Program-made: the position numbers and the translations under genes | Notes under the pieces: generated by a model | Told to the model about the DNA's origin: nothing | The model's database searches: none | What the model saw: only the letters and a program-made list of their open reading frames with translations | Shown here: in pieces, positions 62,522 through 64,000 of the stretch | How the letters are laid out: every line of letters begins with the position of its first letter | How positions within the stretch are numbered: position 1 is the stretch's first letter | Source of the DNA: Candidatus Omnitrophota bacterium | GTDB lineage: Bacteria; Omnitrophota; Omnitrophia; Omnitrophales; Aquincolibacteriaceae | Assembly (NCBI GenBank): GCA_903884815.1 | Contig: CAISGE010000062.1 | Span: 17-64,016 of the forward strand | Direction of reading: 5' to 3' | DNA length: 64,000 bases

Positions 62522-63584
62522 CGGGATCCATTTTCCGCTCATCATCTCTGTCGTGGCCCTGGCGGCGATCGGCATCCTTTTTATCTACAGCGCTTCCTAC
62601 CGTGATATGGGGGGCTATGAAGCCAAACAGATATTCTGGATCGTGGTGGGCCTCGGGGTTTTGATCGGCGTTCCGTTCGTTGGCTATCGTCCGATCCTCA
62701 GTATCTCCTATCCTTTCTATATTCTGACCCTGATCCTGCTGGTCTTGGTCGATTTCTTCGGCAGCAAACACCTCGGCGCTCAGCGATGGCTGACACTGGG
62801 ACCCATTGCGATCCAGCCCTCGGAATTCGCGAAGCTCGGCGCTCTTTTGGCGGTTGTGAATTTTCTCGGGTCGTATCATCCCTGGGAGGGGCAGGTCAAG
62901 ACCGTCTCGATCGCTCTTTTGCTTTTAGTGATTCCACTTTTTCTGATCGTCAAGCAGCCGGATCTTGGGACGGCTCTTCTCTTTATCCCCATGTCGGTCG
63001 TGATGCTCTTTCTATGGGGGGTGCGGAAGCGTTTTCTGATCGCCACTTTCAGCGCGGTGGCACTGGCTTGTCCGCTCGCCTGGGAATTCCTTAAAGGATA
63101 TCAGAAGAAGCGGCTGATGGTATTCTTGAATCCCAACCTGGATCCTCTGGGCTCCGGGTATACGGCGCTTCAGGCCAAGATCGCGGTCGGCTCCGGAGGC
63201 CTTTGGGGAAAGGGCTACTTGGGCGGGACGCAGTCGCAACTTCACTTTGTGCCGGAGCATCATACGGATTTTATTTTCTGTGTGATCGGGGAGGAAATGG
63301 GATTTCTCGGAAGTCTTCTGGTGCTTTGTCTCTACGGTTTTCTTTTCCATTCGATCTTTCTTGTTATGCAGCACACGACCGACGTCAAGGCGAAGATGTT
63401 GTGCGGGGGAGTGCTTGCGCTTCTTTTTTCTCACGTCATGATCAATATCGGAATGACCTTTGGCCTCATGCCGATCGCCGGGGTGCCGCTGCCGCTCATC
63501 AGCTACGGAGGCTCCTCCTTCATCATGACCTGCATGTGCCTGGGACTTGTCCTGAGCGTCTACAAGGAACGGTCGATCTTTTAA
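62502..63584 (+). CDS. rodA: RodA (SEDS)
   Basis: GAQRW, QPSEFAK, QPDLG, PEHHTDFIF, SYGGSS. Confidence 0.96.
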   Translation: MLRRLLNGIHFPLIISVVALAAIGILFIYSASYRDMGGYEAKQIFWIVVGLGVLIGVPFVGYRPILSISYPFYILTLILLVLVDFFGSKHLGAQRWLTLGPIAIQPSEFAKLGALLAVVNFLGSYHPWEGQVKTVSIALLLLVIPLFLIVKQPDLGTALLFIPMSVVMLFLWGVRKRFLIATFSAVALACPLAWEFLKGYQKKRLMVFLNPNLDPLGSGYTALQAKIAVGSGGLWGKGYLGGTQSQLHFVPEHHTDFIFCVIGEEMGFLGSLLVLCLYGFLFHSIFLVMQHTTDVKAKMLCGGVLALLFSHVMINIGMTFGLMPIAGVPLPLISYGGSSFIMTCMCLGLVLSVYKERSIF

Positions 63585-63698
63585 TCGATGGAGTCCTTTC
63601 GTCGGATGTGCGCTAATACTAAAAAATAGCGAGGCGGGGGGGGAAGGGCGGGATGGGGATGGAGGGTTGTAATGAGCGCTTACTGTCCCGCAGGTAGC

Positions 63699-63956
63699 TT
63701 ATTTCGCAGAAGACCTTTTGCGGAGCCTTCGGCGTTCATTCATGCAAAGCAGAAGGGCTATGAGCGTTGGCGCTGGCAAGATCCATTCCAAGGTCAACTG
63801 CCCCTTCATTTTCAACACGCAGACGCTTATGAGCAGTAACGGGACAAAACAAACGAGTTTCTTCGGAATCGATAGAAAAAATCCGTCACAAAAGCAGAAT
63901 CCGAGAAAAAACGTATAAATGGCAATCGTCAGAAATTGAAACAGTAATGGTTCCAT
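63699..63956 (-). CDS. Small hypothetical membrane protein
   Basis: SD AAGGGAGG before ATG; three hydrophobic segments. Confidence 0.6.
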   Translation of the reverse strand: MEPLLFQFLTIAIYTFFLGFCFCDGFFLSIPKKLVCFVPLLLISVCVLKMKGQLTLEWILPAPTLIALLLCMNERRRLRKRSSAK

Positions 63957-64000
63957 TTTTCCTCCCTTAAGATGTCTTTGGCGGAATAAAGTTCGTGGCT

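Overview
Mostly housekeeping bacterial chromosome, with essentially all genes on the + strand. The gene repertoire (giant secreted glycan-active protein, stand-alone SWIB, TIGR04073-like protein, tandem DUF21/CBS pair) suggests a PVC-superphylum organism, probably Candidatus Omnitrophota; this is inference only. In order: 3' part of a giant repeat/GH144-GH189-like protein, SPFH, ribBA-ribH-nusB-ribD-ribE, RsbW/STAS-mlaEFD, trxB, rplU-rpmA-obg-proBA-nadD, two CNNM/CBS genes, a three-gene ParA-CBM48 operon, a short dcw cluster (mraZ-STAS-rsmH-ftsL-ftsI), tRNA-Pro, ligA, xerD, tRNA-Glu, purBCSQLFMDE, a tsaC-LMWPTP fusion, rpiB, glyA, nrdR, aroA, mreBCD-mrdA-rodA. The best candidate for an undescribed system is 25021-27466: a Soj-like ParA ATPase that has lost the nucleoid-binding arginines and gained a glycogen-binding CBM48 domain. 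It is translationally coupled to a catalytically dead FlhG/MinD-like protein with a ParB-like N-terminal RGL peptide and to an orphan gene, possibly a glucan/glycogen-granule positioning system. Other oddities: a tRNA-Glu with a compensatory A19:U56 tertiary pair, an Obg with a degenerate G3 motif, a non-phosphorylatable STAS inside the dcw operon, a T7-frameshifted acylphosphatase and several REP-like repeats. All family calls come from motif recognition by eye; no searches were run.
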